Shown here piece after piece: positions 17,538-25,131 of a stretch of DNA of 32,000 nt. The notes under the pieces are model-generated. The model had not been told where the DNA came from. It worked only from the letters and a program-made list of their open reading frames with translations, and did no database searches. The stretch's first letter is position 1. The number at the start of each line of letters is the position of its first letter. The position numbers were made by a program, and so were the translations under genes. The stretch is from NCBI GenBank assembly GCA_025340205.1, contig CP006868.1:600001-632000 (forward strand), read 5' to 3'. The DNA is from Ignicoccus pacificus DSM 13166 (GTDB lineage: Archaea > Thermoproteota > Thermoprotei_A > Sulfolobales > Ignicoccaceae).

Positions 17538-17627
17538 GCCGCCGTAGCTCAGCCGGCAGAGCGCCGGCCTCGTACGGCGAACCGGGAAAGCCGGTGGTCG
17601 CGGGTTCAAGTCCCGCCGGCGGCTCCA
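17538..17627 (+). tRNA. tRNA-Thr (anticodon CGU) with a 14-nt intron at the canonical 37/38 position and a genomically encoded CCA
   Basis: Hand-folded cloverleaf. The acceptor pairs GCCGCCG with CGGCGGC and the D arm pairs GCTC with GAGC. The anticodon stem CCGGC/GCCGG carries the loop CU-CGU-A, and the T arm is GCGGG-TTCAAGT-CCCGC. The discriminator is U, followed by CCA. The intron is 17575-17588. Mature length is 76 nt. Confidence 0.9.
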
Positions 17628-17671
17628 AGCCTCTTAAATCCCTTTTCCCTCACGCTTTTGGGTACCAGTGC

Positions 17672-18652
17672 TTGTCCCTAGAGAACCTAAACGAGCGTCA
17701 GAAGAGGGCTCTTGAGAACGTCCTGAGAGCTCTCAAGGCTAACGACTACGAGTCAGCGAAGGTAATCATAGAGAGTGAGTTCGATGGGGAAACGAGGGAG
17801 GAGGTGATCAAGTACCTAGAGGACTTAGGGTACCACATATCGTTCCACTTAAAGAAGCCCGTTAAGAGCGCTGCTCCGAAGAACTTAGTAATAGTTAGGG
17901 AGAGGCCGAAGACGTTCAAGCCGATAAGCTTCGCTCCGGTCAGAATGCCTTTAACGCCCCCGATCTATAGAGAAAGACCCCTTACTAAGGAGTACGACTT
18001 AGCGCTAATCCCTCTGGCGGGGGCGGTATATTCTTTGATTAAAGAAGCTAAGTACGAGGTATTGATAATGTCTCACAAGCTCCATCCGAAGATATCGAAG
18101 GAGCTCCGAAAGCTCTCTAACCAAGGCTTGGAAGTGAAGGCGCTGCTCTCTGAGGGTTCGTGTGAGAGCATAAGGTTGCTGGGGGGAAGGAGCAAGAGGT
18201 GCTTGATCAAAGAGACCGTTAAGGGTTTGGGGTTAAGGTCCATTCCCTTGGGCCTTGCCCTCTACCTCAACTCTCCCTTCAATTCCTTGGCCGCCGCTAT
18301 AGGCGGGGTGGCCGGACTCTCCCTTCTAGGCTTGTGGGGACTGGCCTTGAGCGCCCTAGTCCTCTCCTCCCCTGCCTACTTGTACGCAGGCTTGCCTTGG
18401 GGCTTGAAGGGGGCCTCCATAACTTCCTTGCTTACCCTAGGTCTATCCTTAAGGGTGAAAAAGAGCAACGTGGAGCTCCGAACATTGGAAAGGGTTCCTT
18501 ATTCCATAGTAGTTGTTGATGGAAAGAAGGCTATCGTCGCCCACGCCCCCTTCTCTTGGAAGGGCGACGTCCTCTCGAGGGTCTACCGCTCTTCCGCCGA
18601 GGAGGCCTTGAGGGAGTTCCGGACTTTCTGGGAGGTTGCCTCTGCTCTATGA
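17672..18652 (+). CDS. Hypothetical protein with a helical N-domain and a PLD/TrmB-C-like domain (no HKD motif) interrupted by a Gly/Leu/Ser-rich hydrophobic insert
   Basis: The listed start at 17594 lies inside the tRNA, so the first start outside it, TTG 17672, is used. YEVLIMSHKLHPKISKELRKLSNQGLEVKALL and YSIVVVDGKKAIVAHAPF flank about 90 hydrophobic residues (PLGLALYLNSPF...SLLTLGLSL). Confidence 0.6.
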   Translation: MSLENLNERQKRALENVLRALKANDYESAKVIIESEFDGETREEVIKYLEDLGYHISFHLKKPVKSAAPKNLVIVRERPKTFKPISFAPVRMPLTPPIYRERPLTKEYDLALIPLAGAVYSLIKEAKYEVLIMSHKLHPKISKELRKLSNQGLEVKALLSEGSCESIRLLGGRSKRCLIKETVKGLGLRSIPLGLALYLNSPFNSLAAAIGGVAGLSLLGLWGLALSALVLSSPAYLYAGLPWGLKGASITSLLTLGLSLRVKKSNVELRTLERVPYSIVVVDGKKAIVAHAPFSWKGDVLSRVYRSSAEEALREFRTFWEVASAL

Positions 18653-18863
18653 CCCATCCCTTCACGTGCCCGGGCGTGACCTCGTAGGACAAGATGTACT
18701 TCTTCCCCCTTAGCTTCCAAAGAATCGTCCTCCAGCACCTCTCCACCTCAACCGGTTCGCCTAGGACCTCAAATTCCGTGCCGCTGGGCAGCTTCTTTAG
18801 CAAGTCCTCGCAGCTGACCTCGCTCTCTCCTCCTTCTATCCTGAGCTTCAAGATCCTTCCCAA
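18531..18863 (-). CDS. Small hypothetical protein with an Arg/Pro/Ser-rich C-terminal tail, coupled to amzA
   Basis: Start is TTG 18863, or TTG 18851 overlapping the amzA TGA. The first ~70 aa look globular. The tail is read antisense through the 3' end of the convergent gene, a 122-nt overlap. Confidence 0.45.
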   Translation of the reverse strand: MGRILKLRIEGGESEVSCEDLLKKLPSGTEFEVLGEPVEVERCWRTILWKLRGKKYILSYEVTPGHVKGWVIEQRQPPRKSGTPSRPPRRKSGRPSRGRRPSKRRGRGRR

Positions 18864-19393
18864 GTGGCCAGAAGCTCCCTAGCCTTTAACTTACAGTCCT
18901 CGCACAAGTTCTCGCTCTTCCTATCCACGTCGAGTATCGAGTTGGAAAAGCTCATGACACACCTAGGATTAGGACAGTGATCAAGGCCTATAAGGTGTCC
19001 CAACTCATGATTTACTTCTTTCCTAACTCTGCTGACGAAGAGGTTCCAGTCCTCTGGCTCTCCGTAAAAGCTCGGTCTAAGCCTCTTCAAGAAGACCGAA
19101 GCCGCCCCGATCCTCGGAAGCGCTATTCCGAACACGAAGTTTAATCCGCTCTCATAGGCGTCGGCGTCAACTAGGAACACCAAGAACTCTCCTCTGGCCT
19201 TCTCTTGTGCTAGTTTCATGGTTAAGGCTGAGGCCAAGTACTGCAACCTCTCCCAGTTGAACGTCTCCATAGGAGGTTCGACCTTGAATGGATCTACTAT
19301 CACCTTGAGACCGTATTCGCTAGCTATAGCGTCTGCGGCTTCATATATCAGTTCCGTGGAAACGTCGCCTACCCTCTTCAGCCTCACTATCAT
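18848..19393 (-). CDS. amzA: Archaemetzincin (zinc metalloprotease)
   Basis: The full signature HELGHLIGLDHCPNPRCVMSF...CEDC (HExxHxxGxxxC...CxM...CxxC) is present, with length about 180 aa. Confidence 0.9.
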   Translation of the reverse strand: MIVRLKRVGDVSTELIYEAADAIASEYGLKVIVDPFKVEPPMETFNWERLQYLASALTMKLAQEKARGEFLVFLVDADAYESGLNFVFGIALPRIGAASVFLKRLRPSFYGEPEDWNLFVSRVRKEVNHELGHLIGLDHCPNPRCVMSFSNSILDVDRKSENLCEDCKLKARELLATWEGS

Positions 19394-19520
19394 CCCTACT
19401 CTCCAGAAGCCATGGGAGAACGGGAGTAGATAATCTTACGAGGGGTCGTCACCAGAAACCGTCTTCATCCATTCAGTCAATCTAGCTCTCTTCATCCCTT
19501 CGGAGGGGTTCCACTCCCAA

Positions 19521-19529
19521 CTTAAAAGC
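19521..19529 (+). promoter_or_regulatory. TATA-box candidate for the UPF0148 gene
   Basis: CTTAAAAGC lies about 35 nt upstream of the ATG at 19560. Confidence 0.35.
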
Positions 19530-19559
19530 AAGAGTCGAATATCCCTTTTTGGTGAGAGG

Positions 19560-19904
19560 ATGTCCAACGCAATCAAGAAGGCAGCCGAGTTACTCAAGGA
19601 AGGAGCTGTAATGCTCCCCGAGACTTGTCCCATCTGCGGATCCCCGCTGTACAAGCTGAGGGATGGCAGGATAGTATGCCCAGTTCACGGAGAGATAATG
19701 AAGATAAAGAGCAAGAAGCAAGAGACCGAAATGAAGGTCGATAATGCTCTCGATGACTTGATAAACGCTATGATACTGAAGGTTAGGGAGTTCACGGCGA
19801 AGGTTCCTAACGCTACAAAGTTGGATGCGGAAGAACTGGGTATATGGTTGAAGAACTTAGATATAGCTATAGAGATTAGAAACAAATTGAAGGTAGAGAA
19901 ATAA
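19560..19904 (+). CDS. UPF0148 / Sjogren-scleroderma autoantigen-1-like zinc-ribbon protein
   Basis: AAELLKEGAVMLPETCPICGSPLYKLRDGRIVCPVHG matches the conserved archaeal UPF0148 N-terminus. Confidence 0.8.
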   Translation: MSNAIKKAAELLKEGAVMLPETCPICGSPLYKLRDGRIVCPVHGEIMKIKSKKQETEMKVDNALDDLINAMILKVREFTAKVPNATKLDAEELGIWLKNLDIAIEIRNKLKVEK

Positions 19905-19905
19905 C

Positions 19906-20448
19906 CTAGAGTTCCCCTATTATTTCCTCGGCCTTTGCTATCCTGGCCCCGTAGACCAACTTCATGTAATCCAACCACCTTCCTTGTTCTTCCTTCGGCA
20001 CACTCATGGTTCCATCACTCACCACGGTTACCCTATACCCTCTGAAGTAGGCGTCAGCCGCCGTGTGGAGCACGCAAACGTTTGTAGCGACTCCCGTGAG
20101 GATTACCTCATCGACTCCCAGTTCTCTCAAAAGTAAATCCAAGTCCGTCTGGAAGAACGCGCTGTACCTCCTCTTAGTAACGACGAAGTCCCTCCCGCTC
20201 GGTTTCAACTCATCTACTACTTGAGCCCCCCAAGTTCCCCTGACCGCGTGCTCCCCCCAGAGCTGAAGTTCCTTGTCAACGCCCGGTATGTGGGAGTCGT
20301 TGGTATAGATCACCGGTAGAGATCTTCTCTCGAACTCTTCCTTCAATTTTTTAATATTTGGGATTATTTCCTCAGATCCGGGAACGTAGAGCTTCCCTTC
20401 CTTCCTCACGAAGTCATTTAACATGTCTATTACAAGGAGGGCCTTCAT
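19906..20448 (-). CDS. pncA: Isochorismatase-family cysteine hydrolase, nicotinamidase (PncA)-like
   Basis: The catalytic Asp lies in LLVIDMLNDF, the Lys in VTKRRYSAF and the Cys in GVATNVCV. DSH...EH residues sit where PncA binds metal. Confidence 0.8.
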   Translation of the reverse strand: MKALLVIDMLNDFVRKEGKLYVPGSEEIIPNIKKLKEEFERRSLPVIYTNDSHIPGVDKELQLWGEHAVRGTWGAQVVDELKPSGRDFVVTKRRYSAFFQTDLDLLLRELGVDEVILTGVATNVCVLHTAADAYFRGYRVTVVSDGTMSVPKEEQGRWLDYMKLVYGARIAKAEEIIGEL

Positions 20449-20540
20449 TTCGCAGACCCCGAGTAATCAGAAGTACGACCCTAACTAGTCATATAGCTAA
20501 GGACTCTAGCTCAAAAGCCTTCGAGCGGCTCAAGCTAACG

Positions 20541-20620
20541 CCCCGCCGTTCCCGGCGACGGCTGGGAGGCCTTACGCCCGCTGGAAGCGGGCGGATGGGC
20601 TTACCGCCTCCACGGCGGGG
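20541..20620. ncRNA. Candidate structured RNA or regulatory element made of G/C-only helices
   Basis: Three hairpins are present: CGCCG-TTCC-CGGCG (20544-20557), CGCCCGC-TGGAA-GCGGGCG (20575-20593) and CCGCC-TCCAC-GGCGG (20604-20618). Alternative nested pairings are CCCCGCCG (20541-48)/CGGCGGGG (20613-20) and GGAGGC (20565-70)/GCCTCC (20606-11). A TATA-like CATATAGC lies about 25-30 nt upstream on the + strand. Confidence 0.3.
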
Positions 20621-20664
20621 CACACCTAAAGATCCTCTAGACCTCGAGATCTTAGGCATCGACC

Positions 20665-21237
20665 TTGGTAAGGAGGGGTAAGAGCAGCGAGGAGTTGGCG
20701 AAGCAGTTACTCCAAGCGATAGGATTTGATATCATAGAGAGCAACAAAGAGATAATAATAAATGGAAGAGTAATAGCTGAGGTGGATATCTACGCTAGAG
20801 CGCCGTGCTCACACTACGCCGTCGAGGTAAAGGCGGGAAAGGTGGACGTGGGGGCAGTCAGACAAGCCTACGCCAATGCCAAGGCGCTTAACGCTATCCC
20901 TATGGTAATGGGATCAGGCTGGGCGAACGAGGAGGCGAGGCTCCTAGCTGAGAAGCTCGACGTTAAGTACTTGCTCTTTGATGATCTATTCGTAAGCACA
21001 AAGGAGGAACTGTATGACATGATAAGAATAGCCATGGAAGAGGTAATAGCCGACGTAGTGGGCTCCGTAAGACCTTCGGAGGAGGCTTGCAAGCTCTTGG
21101 AGCTGGAGGAGGGGTCTGAGGAGTTCTTAGAAACGTTGAAGAGGCTGAAGAAGGAAGGGATACTCCCAAAAAGGGGGACGCTGAAGCTGTACTTGGCACT
21201 GGCTCAATTATCTTGCTACTTGGCAAAGCCTTACTGA
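20665..21237 (+). CDS. PD-(D/E)xK nuclease-fold protein (YraN/Hjc-like core) with a C-terminal helical extension
   Basis: EELAKQLLQAIGFDII...AEVDIYA...YAVEVKAGK matches the alpha-beta-beta-beta D...ExK arrangement of restriction-endonuclease-like proteins. TTG start. Confidence 0.6.
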   Translation: MVRRGKSSEELAKQLLQAIGFDIIESNKEIIINGRVIAEVDIYARAPCSHYAVEVKAGKVDVGAVRQAYANAKALNAIPMVMGSGWANEEARLLAEKLDVKYLLFDDLFVSTKEELYDMIRIAMEEVIADVVGSVRPSEEACKLLELEEGSEEFLETLKRLKKEGILPKRGTLKLYLALAQLSCYLAKPY

Positions 21238-21521
21238 GTTTCGAATGTGAAACCTTTCAAGTCTCTTATCATCTCCTTGAGCATCGGATACAAGAGCTCG
21301 GCCGTCTTCTGCTTCGCTCTCGGATCCTTCTTCACCGCCTCTATCGTGGCCTTGAGAAGGGGATCGCTTACCTTCAAGTTCCTCCTATCTACTTCTACCA
21401 ACAACTCGTGAATTACTTGCTTGTCTTCTTCGTCAGCTATCTTAAGCAACTCCTCCGCTGTGGCCTTGATTAGAAGCAATATGGCCGCTCCGCTCTCCTC
21501 AGACGGTATCCGGAAGCTCAA
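21231..21521 (-). CDS. Small helical hypothetical protein (96 aa)
   Basis: Charged helical composition, non-ATG start and a 7-nt convergent overlap with the nuclease-like gene. No motif recognised. Confidence 0.45.
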   Translation of the reverse strand: MSFRIPSEESGAAILLLIKATAEELLKIADEEDKQVIHELLVEVDRRNLKVSDPLLKATIEAVKKDPRAKQKTAELLYPMLKEMIRDLKGFTFETQ

Positions 21522-21563
21522 GGTTTTTCTTCCTAAAGGTCGAGATAGAGGTTAGTAAAAAGC

Positions 21564-22469
21564 TCAGCTCACCGACCCATGGTATATCGTTCCAGTCTTG
21601 GTTCCTATAAGAACCTCCGTTTCGTTGAGCCAGCCTATTGCGCTAACCTCGTCCACCCCGAAGTCAGCAATTACGTGACCGCGGAGGTCGTAGACCCTCA
21701 CACCTTCCCCATCGACGAAGTCGTAGTAGTGAACCGCTACCTTGTCGCAGAGAGGTGACAGCTTCACCGTAGCCTTTGGAGCTATCTTCATCAACTCCAC
21801 TTTTATGCTGAGTATCTCGTTAGCTTCCGTACCGTTAAGCTTGTACAGCAATAAGCGATCGCTGGTCTTTACCGCTAGCACATCGCCGCAGACGTCTGCC
21901 CCTTGCAAGTCATCATAGCCATAAGTTTGTCTTAAGTCGCCGTTGGCATCAATGACCACTACCAAGCCCTTAACGGTATCGACGTAGAACACCTCGTCGC
22001 CGTGACCGATGAGCTTTGAGGTCTTGAATAGGTCGGTATCCGCTCTCACAGCCCAGAGCCTTTCCCCTTGGAAATTGTAGGCTGCTATCACTCCGTTGAG
22101 CGCGTCGTATCCCACGATAATTGGTCTCTCACCTTTCCCCACTTTGATCATAGCTATGGAATCGGTTGGGTTAAACGGCCAGAAGTCTACCTTAAACTTA
22201 GCATTAAAGGAACCCACCTCCTTTAGGTTGGTGGCATTGTAGAGCTCTACAGTCCCCTCGTCGAAGGATATTGCAAAAGTTCCGCAACAGTAGGCGGCGC
22301 TCTTGATGGGCTCGTAGTACCTGTACCCCGTTATCCATCCCTTTGGACCGAGGAGTCCCGCTTGAGTCTTCCATACGATAAGAGTTCCGTAGGGGCTCCA
22401 TACTATCTGGTGCACTGAGGATGCCATCGTCATAGCTATTAGACTCAAGAGTACAGCGGAGCCCCTCAC
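21564..22469 (-). CDS. Secreted or membrane-anchored beta-rich protein, probably beta-propeller-like
   Basis: N-terminal hydrophobic signal/anchor is MRGSAVLLSLIAMTMASS. Recurring strand patterns include VVVIDANGDL, VRVYDLRGHVIADF and IIVGYDALNGVIAAYNFQG. The fold is inference. Confidence 0.7.
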   Translation of the reverse strand: MRGSAVLLSLIAMTMASSVHQIVWSPYGTLIVWKTQAGLLGPKGWITGYRYYEPIKSAAYCCGTFAISFDEGTVELYNATNLKEVGSFNAKFKVDFWPFNPTDSIAMIKVGKGERPIIVGYDALNGVIAAYNFQGERLWAVRADTDLFKTSKLIGHGDEVFYVDTVKGLVVVIDANGDLRQTYGYDDLQGADVCGDVLAVKTSDRLLLYKLNGTEANEILSIKVELMKIAPKATVKLSPLCDKVAVHYYDFVDGEGVRVYDLRGHVIADFGVDEVSAIGWLNETEVLIGTKTGTIYHGSVS

Positions 22470-22563
22470 ACTCTCACCGATTAAGCAAACAATACTATCT
22501 TAATCAGGTTTGGTTTTACTTTAGTGATTAAAGGATTAAGAAGAATTCTTAATAAGTATAGAA

Positions 22564-24021
22564 TCACTCGGGCTTAACTTCGCTTGGAAAGCCGTAGCTC
22601 TCCCACCTACTCTTCACGAGCTCTACCAGCTTAGGATCTGGCTCAGTCCTCTCCGGCCATTCATATCCGCACTCCTCCTTCCACTTCCTAGTAGCATCTA
22701 TTCCCATCTTGGAAGCTATAGGAGGAGTAGGGGTTGTGTGATCCAGTACGTCGGTAACGTCGTTCTCGATTATTACGACGTCTCTCTTGGGGTCGACAGT
22801 GGAAGCTATGGCATACATGACTTCTCCTATATCATGAACGTCTACATCTTCATCTACCACAATTATCATTTTGGTGAACGACATCTGTCCAAGACCCCAG
22901 AGGGAGTGCATGACCTTTCTGGCGTGTCCCGGATACTTTTTCTTTATTGAAACTATCGCTATTCCGTGAAAGAGCCCTTCGGGAGGGAGGTTTACGTCCA
23001 CTATTTCCGGGATTAACCACTTCATCAACGGGAGGAATATCCTCTCCGTCGCCTTGCCTATGTAGGCGTCCTCCATAGGAGGCCTTCCCACTACGGTTCC
23101 GTAGTATATGGGGTCTTTCCTAGCGTACATCTTCTCTAAATGGAAGACTGGGTAAAGGTCCCTAGGGGTGTAGTAGCCCGTGTGGTCCCCAAAGGGGCCC
23201 TCCCAAGCGAGCTCCTCGGTGTCCACGTAGCCTACCAACAGCGCCTCCGCGTTTGCTGGGGCGAGTAGGCCGTTATCGAGCTCTATTACTGGAACGGAGG
23301 ATCCCTTCAGTATGCCAGCAAACATGTACTTGTCTATTCCCTCTGGGACGGGAAGGGCTCCGGTTAGGAGGGTGGCGGGATCTCCTCCTATGGCGATAGC
23401 AACTGGCATCTTCCTTATACCTTTCTTCTTGTATTTCAAGTAGTTCTGTGCTCCCCTCTTGTGCACTTGCCAATGAACCACCGCCCTCCTGGGAGAGTAG
23501 ACCATAATTCTGTAGACTCCGAAGTTGTGGACCTCCGTGTCGGGATCCTTAGTTATGGTAAGGGCGTAGGTGAAGTATCTGGAGGCGTCCTTCGGCCAAG
23601 TCTTGAAGGTAGGTATTGAAAGGAGATCTGGCTCCAGCTCCCTCTCTTGTACCGCTCCTTTCCTAACCTTCTTGGGTAAGTACTTACCCATCCCGATCAT
23701 TTCGCTTAGCTTCCTCAGCTTTCCGGTCACTCCCTCCGCTTTCCCCTTAAATGGAGCTAAGAACCTCTCACCTATCTCCTCTAAGTTCTCAGTTCCTAAG
23801 GCTATCTTGATCAATTCCATTGAACCAAATATGTTGCCAACCACCCTCCAGTCCTCATATCCCTTCAACTTGTTGAAGAGCACTGCCTTGGGATACCTCT
23901 TCCACATCAAATGCCTCAGTATCTCGGGAACCTCCTCAACCGGGTCTACCTCAACGTTAACTTCGTGAAGGAGATCCCTCTCCTTTAAGTGATCTAAGTA
24001 AGATCTCAAGTCCTCAAACAA
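22564..24021 (-). CDS. UbiD-family (prenylated-FMN-dependent) decarboxylase
   Basis: AIAIGGDPATLL and WEGPFGDHTGYYTP are hallmark UbiD motifs. Length is about 485 aa. Confidence 0.9.
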   Translation of the reverse strand: MFEDLRSYLDHLKERDLLHEVNVEVDPVEEVPEILRHLMWKRYPKAVLFNKLKGYEDWRVVGNIFGSMELIKIALGTENLEEIGERFLAPFKGKAEGVTGKLRKLSEMIGMGKYLPKKVRKGAVQERELEPDLLSIPTFKTWPKDASRYFTYALTITKDPDTEVHNFGVYRIMVYSPRRAVVHWQVHKRGAQNYLKYKKKGIRKMPVAIAIGGDPATLLTGALPVPEGIDKYMFAGILKGSSVPVIELDNGLLAPANAEALLVGYVDTEELAWEGPFGDHTGYYTPRDLYPVFHLEKMYARKDPIYYGTVVGRPPMEDAYIGKATERIFLPLMKWLIPEIVDVNLPPEGLFHGIAIVSIKKKYPGHARKVMHSLWGLGQMSFTKMIIVVDEDVDVHDIGEVMYAIASTVDPKRDVVIIENDVTDVLDHTTPTPPIASKMGIDATRKWKEECGYEWPERTEPDPKLVELVKSRWESYGFPSEVKPE

Positions 24022-24055
24022 GCTGAGACCCTAAAGGAAAAGCTCTCGGGATCAT

Positions 24056-25099
24056 TCAAAGGTATCTGAGCACCCTGAAGAACGTATCCCTTTGGGCGGG
24101 AATCCTATCGGAGGTCCTCGCATAGTGGGCGAGCTCCTCCAGGGTGGCATAGCCCTCGTACTGCTTAGCCGACTTGAATATCCTCTCGCTGAAGGCCGTT
24201 CCCACCAAGTCTGATCCTCCGAAGGCCAACAAGGCCGAGGAATACTTCTTACCATAGGCTACCCAGTATACCGAAATGTTGTCGATGAAGCCGCTGAGCA
24301 TTATCCTCGACATGGCAATGATCTTCGCGTCGTAGACAGCTGAAGCCTCGTGTTCAACTAATCCCCTCCTCTTGAGCTCCGTGTTCCAAGGCTTGAACTT
24401 CAAAGGTATAAAGGTAAGGAATCCCCCCGTCTTCTCTTGCAACCTCCTTATCTTGAACAGATGCTTTATTACGTGCTCAGGCTTTTCCACGTGTCCATAA
24501 AGCATGGTAGCGTTTGTCCTAATTCCAACATCGTGAGCTATCTCCATTACCCTGAGCCACTCCTCGGGATCCTTGGCAGGAGCGATCACCCTAAGCACCT
24601 CCTCGTCTAGTATTTCCGCCCCTCCTCCTGGCATGGCATCGAGGCCGGCTTCCTTCAGTCTCTCGAGGACCTCCCTCACGCTCATCCTATTTCTCCTAGC
24701 TAAGTAAGATACCTCGGTAGCGGTGAGCGCCTTTATGGTCATCTTAGGCCATCTTCTCTTAACCTCTCTGAAGAACTCCTCAAAGTACTCTACGGTTAGA
24801 TCTGGAACCATTCCTCCTACGACGTGTAGCTCCGTAGCGCCCAAGGAATAGGCCTCAGCTGCCATCTTCAACATGTCTTCGATACTTAGGAAGTACGCGT
24901 CTTTGTCTCCTTCCTTACGATAAAACGCGCAGAGGGGACATCTGTAGACGCAGACGTTCGTGTAATTTATATTATAATTGGCTACGAAAGTTACTACGTC
25001 ACCTACGCTCTTTCTCCGAAGGTCCTCCGCTATCTTCATGAGGTCATGTATGTCGTAATGCCACAGATCCAATGCCTCGGACGGCGTATCTGCTTGCAA
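24056..25099 (-). CDS. Radical SAM enzyme of the MqnC/MqnE/CofH family (futalosine-pathway type)
   Basis: NINYTNVCVYRCPLCAF (CxxxCxxC), GGGAEIL and LYGHVE...IRRLQEKTGGFLTFIPLKF are conserved in this family. TTG start. Confidence 0.85.
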   Translation of the reverse strand: MQADTPSEALDLWHYDIHDLMKIAEDLRRKSVGDVVTFVANYNINYTNVCVYRCPLCAFYRKEGDKDAYFLSIEDMLKMAAEAYSLGATELHVVGGMVPDLTVEYFEEFFREVKRRWPKMTIKALTATEVSYLARRNRMSVREVLERLKEAGLDAMPGGGAEILDEEVLRVIAPAKDPEEWLRVMEIAHDVGIRTNATMLYGHVEKPEHVIKHLFKIRRLQEKTGGFLTFIPLKFKPWNTELKRRGLVEHEASAVYDAKIIAMSRIMLSGFIDNISVYWVAYGKKYSSALLAFGGSDLVGTAFSERIFKSAKQYEGYATLEELAHYARTSDRIPAQRDTFFRVLRYL

Positions 25100-25131
25100 T
25101 CATGACCTCCTACAAGGGCTCGTGAAAGGGA

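Noticed and set aside
17594-17671. N-terminal extension of the 352-aa ORF (GTG at 17594)
   Set aside because: It starts inside the tRNA-Thr gene, and the extension translates the tRNA 3' half and trailer. The TTG at 17672 was used instead.
17628-19393. Integrated element at the tRNA-Thr 3' side
   Set aside because: There is no integrase, no viral or plasmid genes, and no visible repeat of the tRNA 3' half downstream that could serve as an att site.
20520-20625. Known RNA classes for the GC hairpin cluster (H/ACA guide, RNase P, SRP RNA, split or permuted tRNA)
   Set aside because: An ACA follows the 8-bp outer stem, but the internal loops do not form a pseudouridylation pocket and there is no K-turn or K-loop. 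There is no GAAAGUCC/ACAGAA (RNase P) motif, no SRP helix-8 motif and no T-arm. It is kept only as an unclassified candidate.
20358-20681. 107-aa + ORF crossing the pncA start and the hairpin-rich intergenic region
   Set aside because: It is Arg/Pro/Ser/Gly-rich translation of antisense pncA sequence and of the GC hairpins, so it is not credible as a protein.
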